Assembly: GCF_000737315.1 (NCBI RefSeq)
Contig: NZ_JMCB01000001.1
Location: 20,001-268,000, forward strand
Source of the DNA: Hyalangium minutum
GTDB lineage: Bacteria > Myxococcota > Myxococcia > Myxococcales > Myxococcaceae
DNA length: 248,000 nt
Direction: 5' to 3'
The position numbers and the translations under genes were made by a program. Each line of letters begins with the position of its first letter. Position 1 is the stretch's first letter. Below the pieces are notes generated by a model. It saw nothing but the letters and a program-made list of their open reading frames with translations. It did not search any database and was not told the DNA's origin. Shown in pieces: positions 189,897 to 200,492 of the stretch.

Positions 189897-190631
189897 TCAG
189901 CCAGATCCCCTGCCCTCCGGCGGGCCGCCCCCGAGTGCCACGCCGCGCTGCAGCCGCTCCTGGCCGAAGGGACACAGGTCCAGCACGGGGCAGCGTCCGC
190001 ACGCGGGCGACTGGTGGTAGCAGCAGCGCTGGCCATGCAGCATCAGCGCCTCGTGGTGGTCGTAGACCTGCTGCGCGTCCCATCTCTGAGGGAGAAGCGC
190101 GGCCAAGATCGCGTGCGAGGGCCCCACGGGGATGCGGGCCGAGAGCAGCCCCAGCCGGACGGCGACGCGGTAGTGGTGGCTGTCCACGGGCAGCGCGGGC
190201 ATGCGCAGGCGGCTGAAGAGGAGCACGGCGGCGCTCGTCTTCGGCCCCACGCCGGGCAGCGCCTCCAGCCAAGCGCGCGCCTGGGGCACCTCCATCCCCT
190301 CGAGGAAGTCGAGCGTCAGCGCCCCGCCTTGGCGCGTGGTGATCTCGCGGAGGACGGCCTGGAGACGCGGCGCCTTCTGCTCGGGCCAGGTGACGCTGGC
190401 GATGGCGTCCTGCACCTCCTGCAGCGGCGCGTCCCGGACGGCCTCCCAGGTGGAGAACCGGCTCCGGAGCTGCCGGAACGCCCGGCCCGAGTCCGCGTTG
190501 CGCGTGCGGTGGGACAGCAGCGCGGAGACCAGCTCGCTCAGCGGATCCAGGTCGTGGAAGAAGGGAATCGGACAGCCATACGCGGCGCACAGGCGCTCGT
190601 GCACCCGCATCACCTTCTCGGACAACTCCAT
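189897..190631 (-). CDS. endonuclease III family glycosylase
   Basis: LPGVGPKT, VDSH, C-x6-C-x2-C-x5-C. Confidence 0.88.
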   Translation of the reverse strand: MELSEKVMRVHERLCAAYGCPIPFFHDLDPLSELVSALLSHRTRNADSGRAFRQLRSRFSTWEAVRDAPLQEVQDAIASVTWPEQKAPRLQAVLREITTRQGGALTLDFLEGMEVPQARAWLEALPGVGPKTSAAVLLFSRLRMPALPVDSHHYRVAVRLGLLSARIPVGPSHAILAALLPQRWDAQQVYDHHEALMLHGQRCCYHQSPACGRCPVLDLCPFGQERLQRGVALGGGPPEGRGSG

Positions 190632-190824
190632 GCCCGTCAGACCTCCTGGCCTCATGGGTTGTGAGGCTCTCATGTGACCTGACAGGTTAGCTCCGGCGCT
190701 GGCGCCCTACCGGGTTTCGAGGGGGCTCATGACGCGGGGCGTTCACTGAGCAACGGGGGTTCTTCCATGGACGGAGCGACCCAGCCCGGCATAGCGTCTC
190801 GCCACCCCGAGCGCACGAGTGTCC

Positions 190825-192234
190825 ATGAGCTGGAATCCCCTTCGCGCCCTGCTGGCCTGCCTCCTCCTCGCCGCCCCCGCCGTCCAAGCCGAGGAGCCCG
190901 CCGCGCCTTCGAGCCCCGCACCCGCGCCGGAGGTGCCTCCCAACCAGTCCCCACTCCCCGCCGAGTCCGCACCGCCTCCCGAGGCGCCTCCTCCCTCGGA
191001 GGCATCTGACACGCCCGCCAGGCGCAAGGGCTGGGACATCCAGGGCGTGCCCGCCATCAACTTCAACACCGACGAGGGCTTCGGATACGGCGCGGTCCTG
191101 CTGCTGGTGGACCGGGCGGATGGCTCCTACGAGCCGTTCCGCTACTCGGTGATGTTGCAATTCTTCCAGACCACGCGGCAGGTGGCCTCGCACTTCATCA
191201 ACCTGGATGCGCCGCGGTTCCTCGGCTCGCCGTGGCGCATGGGCCTGGAGCTCGCGTATGCACGGACCAAGTTCGCCCCGTATTACGGCCTGGGCAACAC
191301 CGCGGACTACGACAAGGAACTCTCGAGCTGCGGTGATCGGGACGCACTGAAGGACAACCCGGATGTCTGCCCGGACAACACCGCGTTCCGGGGGCTGCGC
191401 TATTACACGTACGATCACCGGAGCCTGCCGCGCATCCGCCTCAACGCGCGTCGCGGGCTCTCCGACGAGTGGCTCCTCTTCCTGGGCTACCGCCTGCGCG
191501 TGGACCGGATCCGGATGCGCTACTCGGCGGATGACTTGGGCCAGACGGGCGACTCCAAGCTCTTCGAGGACACCTCCGCCGGTCTGCTCGAGCCCTATGC
191601 GGGCCCGGTCTCCGAGCCCCTCTCGGAGCGCACCTCCGAGATGCTCGTGGGCATCCAGTACGACACCCGCGACATCGAGTCCTCCCCCACTCGGGGCATG
191701 TTCCACGAGCTGTCCGTGCGCGGCGGCGCCAGCCCCCTGGGTAGCCAGCTCAACTACTGGGGCGCCACGCTCCACACGCGCTTCTTTCACCCCGTCATCC
191801 CCGGCTACTCGCGGCTCATCATGGGGTGGCGCGGCCTGCTCGATGTGATGGGCGGAGACGTCCCCATCTCCCTGCTCCCGTTCTACGGCGGGCTCGAGGG
191901 CAAGGACGGCCTGGGCGGCGTCTTCTCCGCGCGCGGCATCCTCCTGCGCCGCTACCAGGGGCCCGTGAAGCTGCTGCTCAACGGCGAGCTTCGGTGGACC
192001 CCGCTCTCCGCGCAGCCGCTGGGCCAGCAGTTCGACTTCACCTTCGCGGGGTTCCTGGACGCCGGGCGCGTCTGGAGCGACCTGCACTTCAGCGAGGGCG
192101 GGGGCTTGAAGACGTCCGCGGGCGGCGGGCTGCGCGTCATCTGGAACCGCGAGTTCGTCATCCGCCTGGACTACGGCGTCGGCATCACCGAGCCCACCAC
192201 CGGCTTCTACCTGGACATCGGCCACATCTTCTGA
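190825..192234 (+). CDS. Omp85 family outer-membrane protein
   Basis: signal peptide; GGVFSARG; IRLDYG; terminal HIF. Confidence 0.8.
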   Translation: MSWNPLRALLACLLLAAPAVQAEEPAAPSSPAPAPEVPPNQSPLPAESAPPPEAPPPSEASDTPARRKGWDIQGVPAINFNTDEGFGYGAVLLLVDRADGSYEPFRYSVMLQFFQTTRQVASHFINLDAPRFLGSPWRMGLELAYARTKFAPYYGLGNTADYDKELSSCGDRDALKDNPDVCPDNTAFRGLRYYTYDHRSLPRIRLNARRGLSDEWLLFLGYRLRVDRIRMRYSADDLGQTGDSKLFEDTSAGLLEPYAGPVSEPLSERTSEMLVGIQYDTRDIESSPTRGMFHELSVRGGASPLGSQLNYWGATLHTRFFHPVIPGYSRLIMGWRGLLDVMGGDVPISLLPFYGGLEGKDGLGGVFSARGILLRRYQGPVKLLLNGELRWTPLSAQPLGQQFDFTFAGFLDAGRVWSDLHFSEGGGLKTSAGGGLRVIWNREFVIRLDYGVGITEPTTGFYLDIGHIF

Positions 192235-192327
192235 CGCGGCGCACTCGGGCCAGACGCCCTCGACAAGCTCGCGGCTCCTCTGCGATGACGGAGCCGCGCC
192301 GGACCGCCTCCCCGGCCTGGAGAGCTC

Positions 192328-194433
192328 ATGTCACCTAGGACTTCTCACCTCGCCTCGCCCTGCGCCCGAGCAGGCTTGCTGGCGCTCGCTTTGCTGCTCG
192401 GCAGCGCCTGCTCGGAGATGGATGCGGACACGGATCCGCTGGCGCGCATCACCCGCACGTTGGAAGCCTCGGGTGGAGCTGCCCCCCGCACGCTGGTGGC
192501 CAACGTGTACTACCGGGATCGCGCGGACCTCAACGCCCTGGCCACCGACTACGACGCGCTGGAGAAGGTGGATCGGCAAGCGGGCTTCGTGGTGCTCGCG
192601 CTCACGCCAGAGGATGCCCAAGCGCTGAGGGAGCGCGGCTACCGGGTGGAGCTGGACGAGAAGTCCACGCTGTCCGCCAACACGCCTCGTATCCCGGACG
192701 CGGCGCATCCCACGGGGATCACCTCCTTCACCTGCTACCGCACCATCGAGGAGAGCTATGCCTCCCTGGCCCAGCTCGCCGCAGCCCAGCCGAACATCGC
192801 CTCGTGGGTCGACATCGGGAACACCTGGGACAAGATCACGCGGCTCGGGCCTCCGGGGTACGACTTGTTCGCGCTGGTGTTGACCAACAAGGCACGGCCC
192901 GGGCCCAAGCCTCGCTTCTTCCTCATGGCCGCCATCCACGCGCGCGAGTACACCACCGCGGAGACGGCCACCCGCTTCGGCGAGTACCTCATCAACAACT
193001 ACGGCATCGATCCGGACGTCACCTGGATGCTGGACTACGGCGAGGTGCACATCGTCGTTCAGTCCAACCCCGACGGGCGCAAGGTCGCCGAGCAGGGCTA
193101 CACCCAGCGCAAGAACCGCAACACCACCAGCGGCAGTCAGACCTGCACCAACCCGCCCACGAACAGCAGCCAGTACGGCATTGACCTCAACCGCAACAGC
193201 ACCTTCGGGTGGGGTGGACCGGGCGCGAGCACGAGCCCCTGCAGCCTGACCTACCGGGGCCCGAGCGCGGCCAGCGAGCCGGAGACGCTCGCGCTCGAGA
193301 ACTACATCCGCTCGCTCTACCCGGACCGGCGGGGCCCCGGACGCGGAGACGCGGCGCCAGCGGACACGGAGGGCGTGATGATCTCCCTGCACAGCTACTC
193401 GGAGCTGGTGCTGTTCCCCTGGGGTGACAGCGAGTCCACCGTGCCGAACCTGGCCGGGCTGCGGGCGCTGGGCAAGCGCATGAGCTTCTACAACAACTAC
193501 GAGGCGTGCCAGACAGCCGTCTGCCTCTACGAGGCCGCGGGCGCCACGGATGACTTCACCTACGGCGAGCTGGGCGTGGCCTCGTACACCATCGAGATGG
193601 GCAACGACTTCTTCGAGAGCTGCAGCGCCTTCGAGGCAGACGTGTACCCGCGCAATTTCCCGGCGCTGCTCTACGCCTTCAAGGTGGTGCGCCGTCCGTA
193701 CCAGCTCGCGCAGGGCCCGGACTCGCGCTCGCTCACGCTGACGCCCGCCACCGTCGACCAGGGCCTGCCGGCCACCCTGCGCGCCACGGCGGATGACACC
193801 CGCTTCGGAAGCATTGGCGGCGCCGAGCAGACCCAGCCCATCATCGCCGCGCGTTACTCGGTGGATGCGCCCTCTTGGGTGCCGAACACGCCGGTCTACC
193901 CGCTGTCCGCGAGCGACGGTGCCTTCAACTCGACCCAGGAGCAGCTCACGGCCACGGTGAACACGTCCGGGCTGTCGTTCGGCCGCCACACCCTCTTCGT
194001 GGAGAGCCAGGACAGCTCGGGCGCCTGGGGGCCTCCCTCCGCCCTCTTCTTCACCGTCCATCAGCCTTTGCGCGCGGTCGGCGTGACGCCGGGCGCCTCG
194101 GGGACACAGGGAACGCGCGGGCAGCTCATCACCTACACACTGGACATCACCAACCAGGGCAGCCTTTCGGACTCGTTCCGGGTGGCGGTGACCTCGAGCT
194201 GGCCTGTCAGGACCTTGAGCTCGGTGGGGCCGCTGGGCGTGGGAGAGAGCTCCTCCGTGCAGGTAACGATCCTCGTGCCCCCAAACGCGCCGATGTGGAG
194301 CACGGACACCGCCCAGGTGCGCATCACCTCCATGGGAGATCCGCAGAAGGCGGCCACGGCCTCAATCGTCACCATGGCCACGAGCCCTGACCTGCCGCCG
194401 ACCTCCGTCACCGACGAGGACTCCACCTGGTGA
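192328..194433 (+). CDS. M14 zinc carboxypeptidase lipoprotein
   Basis: IHARE, NPDG, DLNRN, LHSYS. Confidence 0.9.
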   Translation: MSPRTSHLASPCARAGLLALALLLGSACSEMDADTDPLARITRTLEASGGAAPRTLVANVYYRDRADLNALATDYDALEKVDRQAGFVVLALTPEDAQALRERGYRVELDEKSTLSANTPRIPDAAHPTGITSFTCYRTIEESYASLAQLAAAQPNIASWVDIGNTWDKITRLGPPGYDLFALVLTNKARPGPKPRFFLMAAIHAREYTTAETATRFGEYLINNYGIDPDVTWMLDYGEVHIVVQSNPDGRKVAEQGYTQRKNRNTTSGSQTCTNPPTNSSQYGIDLNRNSTFGWGGPGASTSPCSLTYRGPSAASEPETLALENYIRSLYPDRRGPGRGDAAPADTEGVMISLHSYSELVLFPWGDSESTVPNLAGLRALGKRMSFYNNYEACQTAVCLYEAAGATDDFTYGELGVASYTIEMGNDFFESCSAFEADVYPRNFPALLYAFKVVRRPYQLAQGPDSRSLTLTPATVDQGLPATLRATADDTRFGSIGGAEQTQPIIAARYSVDAPSWVPNTPVYPLSASDGAFNSTQEQLTATVNTSGLSFGRHTLFVESQDSSGAWGPPSALFFTVHQPLRAVGVTPGASGTQGTRGQLITYTLDITNQGSLSDSFRVAVTSSWPVRTLSSVGPLGVGESSSVQVTILVPPNAPMWSTDTAQVRITSMGDPQKAATASIVTMATSPDLPPTSVTDEDSTW

Positions 194434-195665
194434 GGCGCTCCATGACACGGCTGTTCACCGCGCTCCTGGCCACCACCGCGCTCCTGGCCACAGGCTGCAA
194501 GAAGGAAGAGGCCCCCCGCGCGGATGCGGACTTCTACAAGAAGACCCAGGAGCAGCTGATCCGCGCCAAGCCGGGCACGGTCATCGAGCTGCCCGAAGGC
194601 CGTTTCCAGCTCGACCGGAGCCTGTCCTCCACCGTGGATGGCATCACCCTCCGCGGCAAGGGCATGGACAAGACGATCCTCTCCTTCAAGGGCCAGACCC
194701 AGGGAGCCGAGGGGCTGCTGGTCAAGGGCAACAACATCACCATCGAGGATCTGGCCATCGAGGACACGAAGGGCGACGCGCTCAAGGTCAACGGCTCGGA
194801 CGGGCTGGTGATCCGGCGCGTGCGGACCGAGTGGACGGGCGGTCCCAAGGCCACCAATGGCGCCTATGGGCTCTACCCTGTGCAGTGCCGGAACGTGCTG
194901 ATCGAGGACTCGGTGGCCATTGGGGCCTCGGACGCGGGCATCTACGTGGGCCAGTCCGAGCACGTCATCATCCGTCGCAACAAGGCGATGCGGAACGTGG
195001 CCGGCATCGAGAGTGAGAACACGAAGTTCGCGGACATCTACGAGAACACCGCGACGGAGAACACAGGTGGCATCCTGGTGTTCGACTTGCCGGATCTGCC
195101 CAAGCGCGGCGGCCAGGCCACGCGCGTCTTCAACAACGACATCTTCGCCAACACCACGGACAACTTCGCCCCCGAGGGGAACATCGTCGCCAAGGTGCCT
195201 CGGGGCACGGGCGTGATGATCATGGCCACCGACCAGGTGGAGGTGTTCCAGAACCGGATCCGCGACAACCCGACGGTGAACATGCTCATCGTCAGCTACT
195301 TCGTGGCGCAGAAACCCATCAAGGACAAGGGCTACGATCCCTACCCCGAGGCCCTCTCCATCCACGACAACACGTTCTCCGGCGGGGGAGAGTCGCCGGA
195401 CGGCGTGTTCTTGAAGCTGCTGGCGCTCAAGCTGGGCAAGCCGTTCCCGGACATCCTCTATGACGGGATTGTCGACGAGAAGAAGCGGACCCCGGCGGGC
195501 ACGCTGCCGGATGAGCTGCGCATCTGCCTCCGGAACAACGGCGATGCGGACTTCGCCAACGCCGATGTGGAGCACGACTTCGCGAACATCCGCAAGGAAC
195601 TGGCCCCTCATGACTGCCAGCACCCGAGCTACGCGCCGGTCCAGCTGACGGGAGTCATGCAGTGA
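194430..195665 (+). CDS. parallel beta-helix lipoprotein
   Basis: NGAYGLYPV..GASDAGIYVGQS. Confidence 0.85.
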   Translation: MRRSMTRLFTALLATTALLATGCKKEEAPRADADFYKKTQEQLIRAKPGTVIELPEGRFQLDRSLSSTVDGITLRGKGMDKTILSFKGQTQGAEGLLVKGNNITIEDLAIEDTKGDALKVNGSDGLVIRRVRTEWTGGPKATNGAYGLYPVQCRNVLIEDSVAIGASDAGIYVGQSEHVIIRRNKAMRNVAGIESENTKFADIYENTATENTGGILVFDLPDLPKRGGQATRVFNNDIFANTTDNFAPEGNIVAKVPRGTGVMIMATDQVEVFQNRIRDNPTVNMLIVSYFVAQKPIKDKGYDPYPEALSIHDNTFSGGGESPDGVFLKLLALKLGKPFPDILYDGIVDEKKRTPAGTLPDELRICLRNNGDADFANADVEHDFANIRKELAPHDCQHPSYAPVQLTGVMQ

Positions 195666-196789
195666 TGATGGGTCGTGTGCTGGTGGCCATGCTGGCCCTG
195701 GGGTTGGGGGCATGCAGCAAGGGGCGTGGGGAGGTCCACACCTTCGTGGAGGATCCCTATCCAGAGAAGCTGTCGGCGTGGGGGCTCTTCCAGGGTTCGG
195801 GCTGGACGCTCGAGCCCCAAGCGGGGGTCATCCCCTATTCGGTGAACACGCCGCTCTTCAGCGACTACGCGGAGAAGTACCGGACGATCTGGGTGCCTCC
195901 GGGCCAGGCGGCGCAATACCGGGACTCGGACGTGTTCGACTTCCCGGTGGGCACGATCCTGTCGAAGACGTTCATGTACCCGGTGGACGGGCGCGTGCCC
196001 GCGGCGCAGGGGCCTGGGCGGACGGCAGGCAACGCGGACAAGCGCTTCCGGCCAGTGGAGACGCGCATCCTGGTGCACGCGAAGCAGGGCTGGGTGTCCC
196101 TGCCCTACGTGTGGAACGAAGAGGGCACCGAGGCCACGCTGGAGGTGGTGGGCAGCAGCCGCAACGTGGAGGTGACGCACGCCTCGGGCGAGAAGCTGTT
196201 CGCCCACTACATGATCCCCAACGTGAACCAGTGCCAGGGCTGCCATGAGCGCGACAAGGCGATGACGCCCATCGGCCTCCAGGCGCGGCACCTGAACCGG
196301 GGCTATCCCTATGACGAGGGCCCCGAGAACCAGCTCGTGAAGCTGACGCGCGTGGGCTACCTGAAGGGCGCTCCGGCCCCCACGGCGGCGCCACGCAACG
196401 CCGTGTGGAACGAGCCCACCACGGGGACGCTGGAGGAGCGGGCGCGTGCGTATCTCGAGGCCAACTGCGCGCACTGCCACGATCGACGTGGACCCGCAGC
196501 GAGCTCGGGTCTGTACCTGGCCGCGCAGGAGAAGGATCCGCACACGCTCGGCCGCTGCAAGGCGCCCGTGGCCGCGGGCCGGGGCGCGGGCAAGGACCTG
196601 CCCTTCGACATCGTCCCCGGCAAGCCCGAGCGCTCCATCCTGGTGTACCGGATGGACTCGCAAGATCCGGGGGTGATGATGCCCGAGCTGGGGCGCTCGC
196701 TCATCCACCGAGAGGGCGTAGCGCTCCTCCGCGAGTGGATCCAACAACTCCAGGGCTCCTGCGACGACGAGCCCCGGACGGAGCGCTGA
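195662..196789 (+). CDS. SO2930-family diheme c-type cytochrome lipoprotein
   Basis: TPLFSDYA; CQGCH; CAHCH. Confidence 0.85.
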   Translation: MMMGRVLVAMLALGLGACSKGRGEVHTFVEDPYPEKLSAWGLFQGSGWTLEPQAGVIPYSVNTPLFSDYAEKYRTIWVPPGQAAQYRDSDVFDFPVGTILSKTFMYPVDGRVPAAQGPGRTAGNADKRFRPVETRILVHAKQGWVSLPYVWNEEGTEATLEVVGSSRNVEVTHASGEKLFAHYMIPNVNQCQGCHERDKAMTPIGLQARHLNRGYPYDEGPENQLVKLTRVGYLKGAPAPTAAPRNAVWNEPTTGTLEERARAYLEANCAHCHDRRGPAASSGLYLAAQEKDPHTLGRCKAPVAAGRGAGKDLPFDIVPGKPERSILVYRMDSQDPGVMMPELGRSLIHREGVALLREWIQQLQGSCDDEPRTER

Positions 196790-196799
196790 AGGGAGGGCC

Positions 196800-197972
196800 T
196801 CACCGGGCGCGGCGGCGCTGTGCCCACCGCACCCCCCGTGCAGCCTGGGCCCAGCGCCCCTGGAGGCGCGCCTCGGAAGCCAACGCCTCCTCCCGCGAGG
196901 GCCCCTCCGGCAACAACCTCGCCGCGTGTGAGAGCACGAGCCGCTCCAGCGCCCACTCCTCGCACAGCCGCCTCAGGCCGGGCCCATCCAGCCCACACGC
197001 TCCCAGGAAGACCTCGCGATCCGGAGGCCGCACTCCGTGGCGCCGCCACCACTCGTCCTCGGCCTGCTTCACTTCCTCAGCGGTGGGCTCCAACCCCAAC
197101 GAGCGCGCCCAGCCCGCCAGGAGCGCCCGCCGCAGCCCCGCCTCGGCCAGCGCCGCGCTGTCCGGCTCCTGCTGCAGCACCGCCAGCACTTGGGAGGAGG
197201 ACACCGTCCGCCCCGCCAGCACGGCCACGCCCTCCTCCAACCTGCGCCGCCTCACCTTCGCGGGAAGCGAAGTCCTCACCCCTCCCCGGGGAGGCTTCAC
197301 CGGCGCGGCCGACGCCAGGAACGCCGCCGCCGCCCGGAGGCACGCCTGGGCATCCAGCGCCTGCAGATCCTCCACGCCCCGGGAGAACCATCCCTCCCAG
197401 CTTCCCCACGTGGCTGCGGACCAGGACGGGCGCTCGGCATCCAGGATCCGGCGCCAGGTGCGCTCCGCGTAGTAGAGGCGCTCGGCCACCGTCACCAGCG
197501 TCCGCGCCTGCCGCGCGTTGAGCACCCGCGCCGCCCGCGCCTGGGTCACCACGTGCCGGACATTCACCATCGGCACGGTGAGCGGCCGGTAGCCCTGCTC
197601 GGCGCCGGCGTGCCGCAGCGCCACCTCCGAGTCATCCACCAGCATCCCCGTCCGGTACCACTCGAAGATCTGCCCCACCCCTACCATGCCCTGCGCAGCC
197701 AGTTCCGCCGCGCGCAGCGCCCCCTGCCCTGCGCCCCCGAAGACGGCCACGCCCGCCTCCACCGCGGCCAGCAGCTCCTGGTGCCACACCGGCGGCAGGG
197801 CCTCGCCCACTCCATCGATCAGAGCGATGGCGCGGGGACGCAGCGCGAGCGCCCGCCACACATCCCCTCGGCGGGCCGGAGGCAGCACATGACAATTCAC
197901 CCACCGGCGCGCCTCGCCCACGGGCAGCGAGGGGCCCAGAAAGACAACGAGATCCTCAGGACGGCGTTTCAT
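196800..197972 (-). CDS. TfuA-like protein
   Basis: VVFLGPSL..PPARRGD..LIDG..VWHQE..DDSEVAL. Confidence 0.85.
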   Translation of the reverse strand: MKRRPEDLVVFLGPSLPVGEARRWVNCHVLPPARRGDVWRALALRPRAIALIDGVGEALPPVWHQELLAAVEAGVAVFGGAGQGALRAAELAAQGMVGVGQIFEWYRTGMLVDDSEVALRHAGAEQGYRPLTVPMVNVRHVVTQARAARVLNARQARTLVTVAERLYYAERTWRRILDAERPSWSAATWGSWEGWFSRGVEDLQALDAQACLRAAAAFLASAAPVKPPRGGVRTSLPAKVRRRRLEEGVAVLAGRTVSSSQVLAVLQQEPDSAALAEAGLRRALLAGWARSLGLEPTAEEVKQAEDEWWRRHGVRPPDREVFLGACGLDGPGLRRLCEEWALERLVLSHAARLLPEGPSREEALASEARLQGRWAQAARGVRWAQRRRAR

Positions 197973-199144
197973 GAGAGCTCCGAGATGCGCATGCCCGGCA
198001 CCACCACGCGCCGCACGTGCAGGCCCGACACGGGCGCGTCGAGCGTGAGGGCGGCCACCTGGGTGAAGCCCGCGCTCCGCAGGTGGTTCATCACCCGCCG
198101 CACGCTCCGCACCGGCGAGGCCTCCTCTGCGGCGAAGTCCGGCATGGTGTCGGCTTGACGCTTGGGGCGCACCGACGCACAGACCCGGGCGAGGCCTCGC
198201 ACCGCCCCGCGCTCCGCCGAGGACAACGGCTGCGGCGTCCCCTGCAGTGCCGAGAGCCGGGCACACGCGGCCTCCAGCAACGCACGCAGCAGCGCCTGAT
198301 CCCTCCCCAGCGCGCACGCATACCCCACCGTGAGCGGCACTGGCCCGTCCTCTTCATCCACCAGCACCGCCGCGGCCACCGGAAGCCCCACCGCCCCCGG
198401 TGTCCGCGAGGTGGGCGTCGCATCAAAGAGGTACACGCCAAACCCTCGCTTCTTCAAAATCCTGGCCAGCGCCTCCGTGCGAGGCGCCGCTCGCCCCAGC
198501 ACCACGGGCCCCAGCATGCGCCGCCGCATGGCCTCCTCCGTCCACCCGTCCGGCAGCGCCCGGGCGAGCTGATCCCGCTTCGTCGCCTCCAGCAGCGCCT
198601 GCAACAGCGCGCGCTGGGCATCTGGATCCGCCCCCGTGCCGTTGCGCGTCCACATCACGCTCACCGGCCCCAGCGCCACCGCGCCCGCGGGCGGGCAATG
198701 CACCCCCTGCGCCGGCACCCAGACGTTCCTCCGCGAGTGCAGCTCCGTGGCCTGCCTCCACGCGCACCGCACGGAGTCCCCCCACAGCCGGGGCTCCACC
198801 AGCCTCCCCGCCGAGCCCAGCGCCTCGGCGCTCCAGGCCTCACCGCTGCGCGGATCCAGCTCCGCGCGCGCGGCCCACACCAGCTGGCTCGTGGGGACGT
198901 GCTCCGCGGCCCAGAGCACCGCCGTCTCATAAAGCGCGCTCAGAGCCGCGTGCTCGAAGGTCAACCCCGGGCCCGAGCACGCTCCGAGCCCAGGGCTGCC
199001 GGGCCTCACGGCGCACGCCACCTCCACCCCCGTACGGTCCAATCCCGTCACCCTGGCCACACGGGTGACCTCCATGGCCTCAGCCAGCCGCTCTTGGAAA
199101 ATCTGCGAGACAAGGACGTGTTTGGTAGGAAGCACGGCACACAA
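197969..199144 (-). CDS. YcaO-like protein (TfuA-associated type), catalytic motifs degenerate
   Basis: VTGLDR.G..AVRP; SGPG, YETAV, EATKRD, EAACAR in place of canonical motifs. Confidence 0.75.
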   Translation of the reverse strand: MCAVLPTKHVLVSQIFQERLAEAMEVTRVARVTGLDRTGVEVACAVRPGSPGLGACSGPGLTFEHAALSALYETAVLWAAEHVPTSQLVWAARAELDPRSGEAWSAEALGSAGRLVEPRLWGDSVRCAWRQATELHSRRNVWVPAQGVHCPPAGAVALGPVSVMWTRNGTGADPDAQRALLQALLEATKRDQLARALPDGWTEEAMRRRMLGPVVLGRAAPRTEALARILKKRGFGVYLFDATPTSRTPGAVGLPVAAAVLVDEEDGPVPLTVGYACALGRDQALLRALLEAACARLSALQGTPQPLSSAERGAVRGLARVCASVRPKRQADTMPDFAAEEASPVRSVRRVMNHLRSAGFTQVAALTLDAPVSGLHVRRVVVPGMRISELS

Positions 199145-199239
199145 CCTTAACTCGAAAACGAGCCCCGCAATCCACCCATCGTTTGCGCCCCCAGCCGCAT
199201 GGAGCGTGATAGGGGGGGAAAACAGAGGGAGTACGCCGG

Positions 199240-199725
199240 ATGATTCAGGTTGGAGATCCAGCGCCGGACTTCACCGCCACCGACTGCCAGGGGCGCCCCC
199301 TCTCCCTCTCCTCACTCCGAGGGCGGCGCGTGGTGCTGTTCTTCTTCCCCAAGGCGTTCACCATCGGCTGCACCCTCGAAGTGCGCGCTTTCCGGGACAA
199401 CCAGGCCCGCATCGAGGCGCTGGGCGCGAACCTGGTCGGAGTGTCCGTGGACTCCGTGGCCACCCAGTGCGCCTTCGCCGCCCGGGAGCACATCCACTTC
199501 GCCCTCCTCGGAGACGACGAGCGCCGCATCAGCAAGGCCTATGATGTGCTCTGGCCCGTGCTGAACGTGGATCGCCGCGTCACCTTCATCCTCGGGCCGG
199601 ACGGCAAGGTGGAGGCCGTCATCCGCCACGAGGCCCGCGTCTACCGGCACCTGGATGACGTCTTGCGTTACCTCCAGGACCACCCGCTCCCCGCCGCCCC
199701 GGGCACTGGGCCCTCACGCGGCTAG
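199240..199725 (+). CDS. BCP-type peroxiredoxin
   Basis: FFPKAFTIGCT. Confidence 0.88.
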   Translation: MIQVGDPAPDFTATDCQGRPLSLSSLRGRRVVLFFFPKAFTIGCTLEVRAFRDNQARIEALGANLVGVSVDSVATQCAFAAREHIHFALLGDDERRISKAYDVLWPVLNVDRRVTFILGPDGKVEAVIRHEARVYRHLDDVLRYLQDHPLPAAPGTGPSRG

Positions 199726-200306
199726 TCCCACTGACAGAGGTACTCGCAGTGAGGCGCACCCTTGGCGACACACTTGGGGTGGGTGACGCGGACGGCGCTG
199801 CCGCCGGACAGCTCGATGGCGCGCTGGTGCCAGCCGACAATGGTGAGGCAGTCCGTCTCGGTGACGTTCTCCGCCCCGAAGGTGCGCAGGATGGCCGAGC
199901 GCGGGCCGAGCTTCTCGTAGGTGCGCGAGCCGACGGCGTAATAGAAGCGGTAGATCTGCGGCGCCTGGCTGAGCAGGAAGTGCGGCTCGCCCGGGCGCAC
200001 GAAGACGTGCTGGGCGCCCTTGAGGTTCTCGTCCGCCGAGGCCCGGCCCATGTCCATGAAGGCCCGGGTGCGGTCCTCGGGGGACAGCACGTCCGCGATG
200101 GCCGCGTCCAGGCGCAGGTTCAGATCGAACGGGTACCAGTTGATCGGAAGGATCATCTTCCGCAGCAGCGTCTGGTCCGCCGGAGGCAACCGCTTCAGCA
200201 CCTCCTCCAGACGCGCCTGCCCCCCCTGCTGGCGCACCAGGTTCAGCCGGGAGATGAGCACCGTGCCCTTGATGCGCGAGTGAGAGGGAGAACCGGCCGT
200301 GGCCAT
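199722..200306 (-). CDS. TIGR02265 myxobacterial paralogue
   Basis: IKGTVL..WYP..C..C.Y.C.W. Confidence 0.7.
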   Translation of the reverse strand: MATAGSPSHSRIKGTVLISRLNLVRQQGGQARLEEVLKRLPPADQTLLRKMILPINWYPFDLNLRLDAAIADVLSPEDRTRAFMDMGRASADENLKGAQHVFVRPGEPHFLLSQAPQIYRFYYAVGSRTYEKLGPRSAILRTFGAENVTETDCLTIVGWHQRAIELSGGSAVRVTHPKCVAKGAPHCEYLCQWD

Positions 200307-200492
200307 GGAGGGGAGCGGCATCTTGGCAGTGACGTATGCGACGGGGCAACCCTCTGCAACTGCTGCGAAGAGCGCCTGGGAAGCCTGGTCGCTTGCCCCC
200401 TCCGAAGCTCGGCGGGAGACCCGGTTTGTAACCTTTTGTCCCTCTCCGTGTTCCCATTCCATGTGAAGGTCTGGCACACAGAGGGAGTCCCC

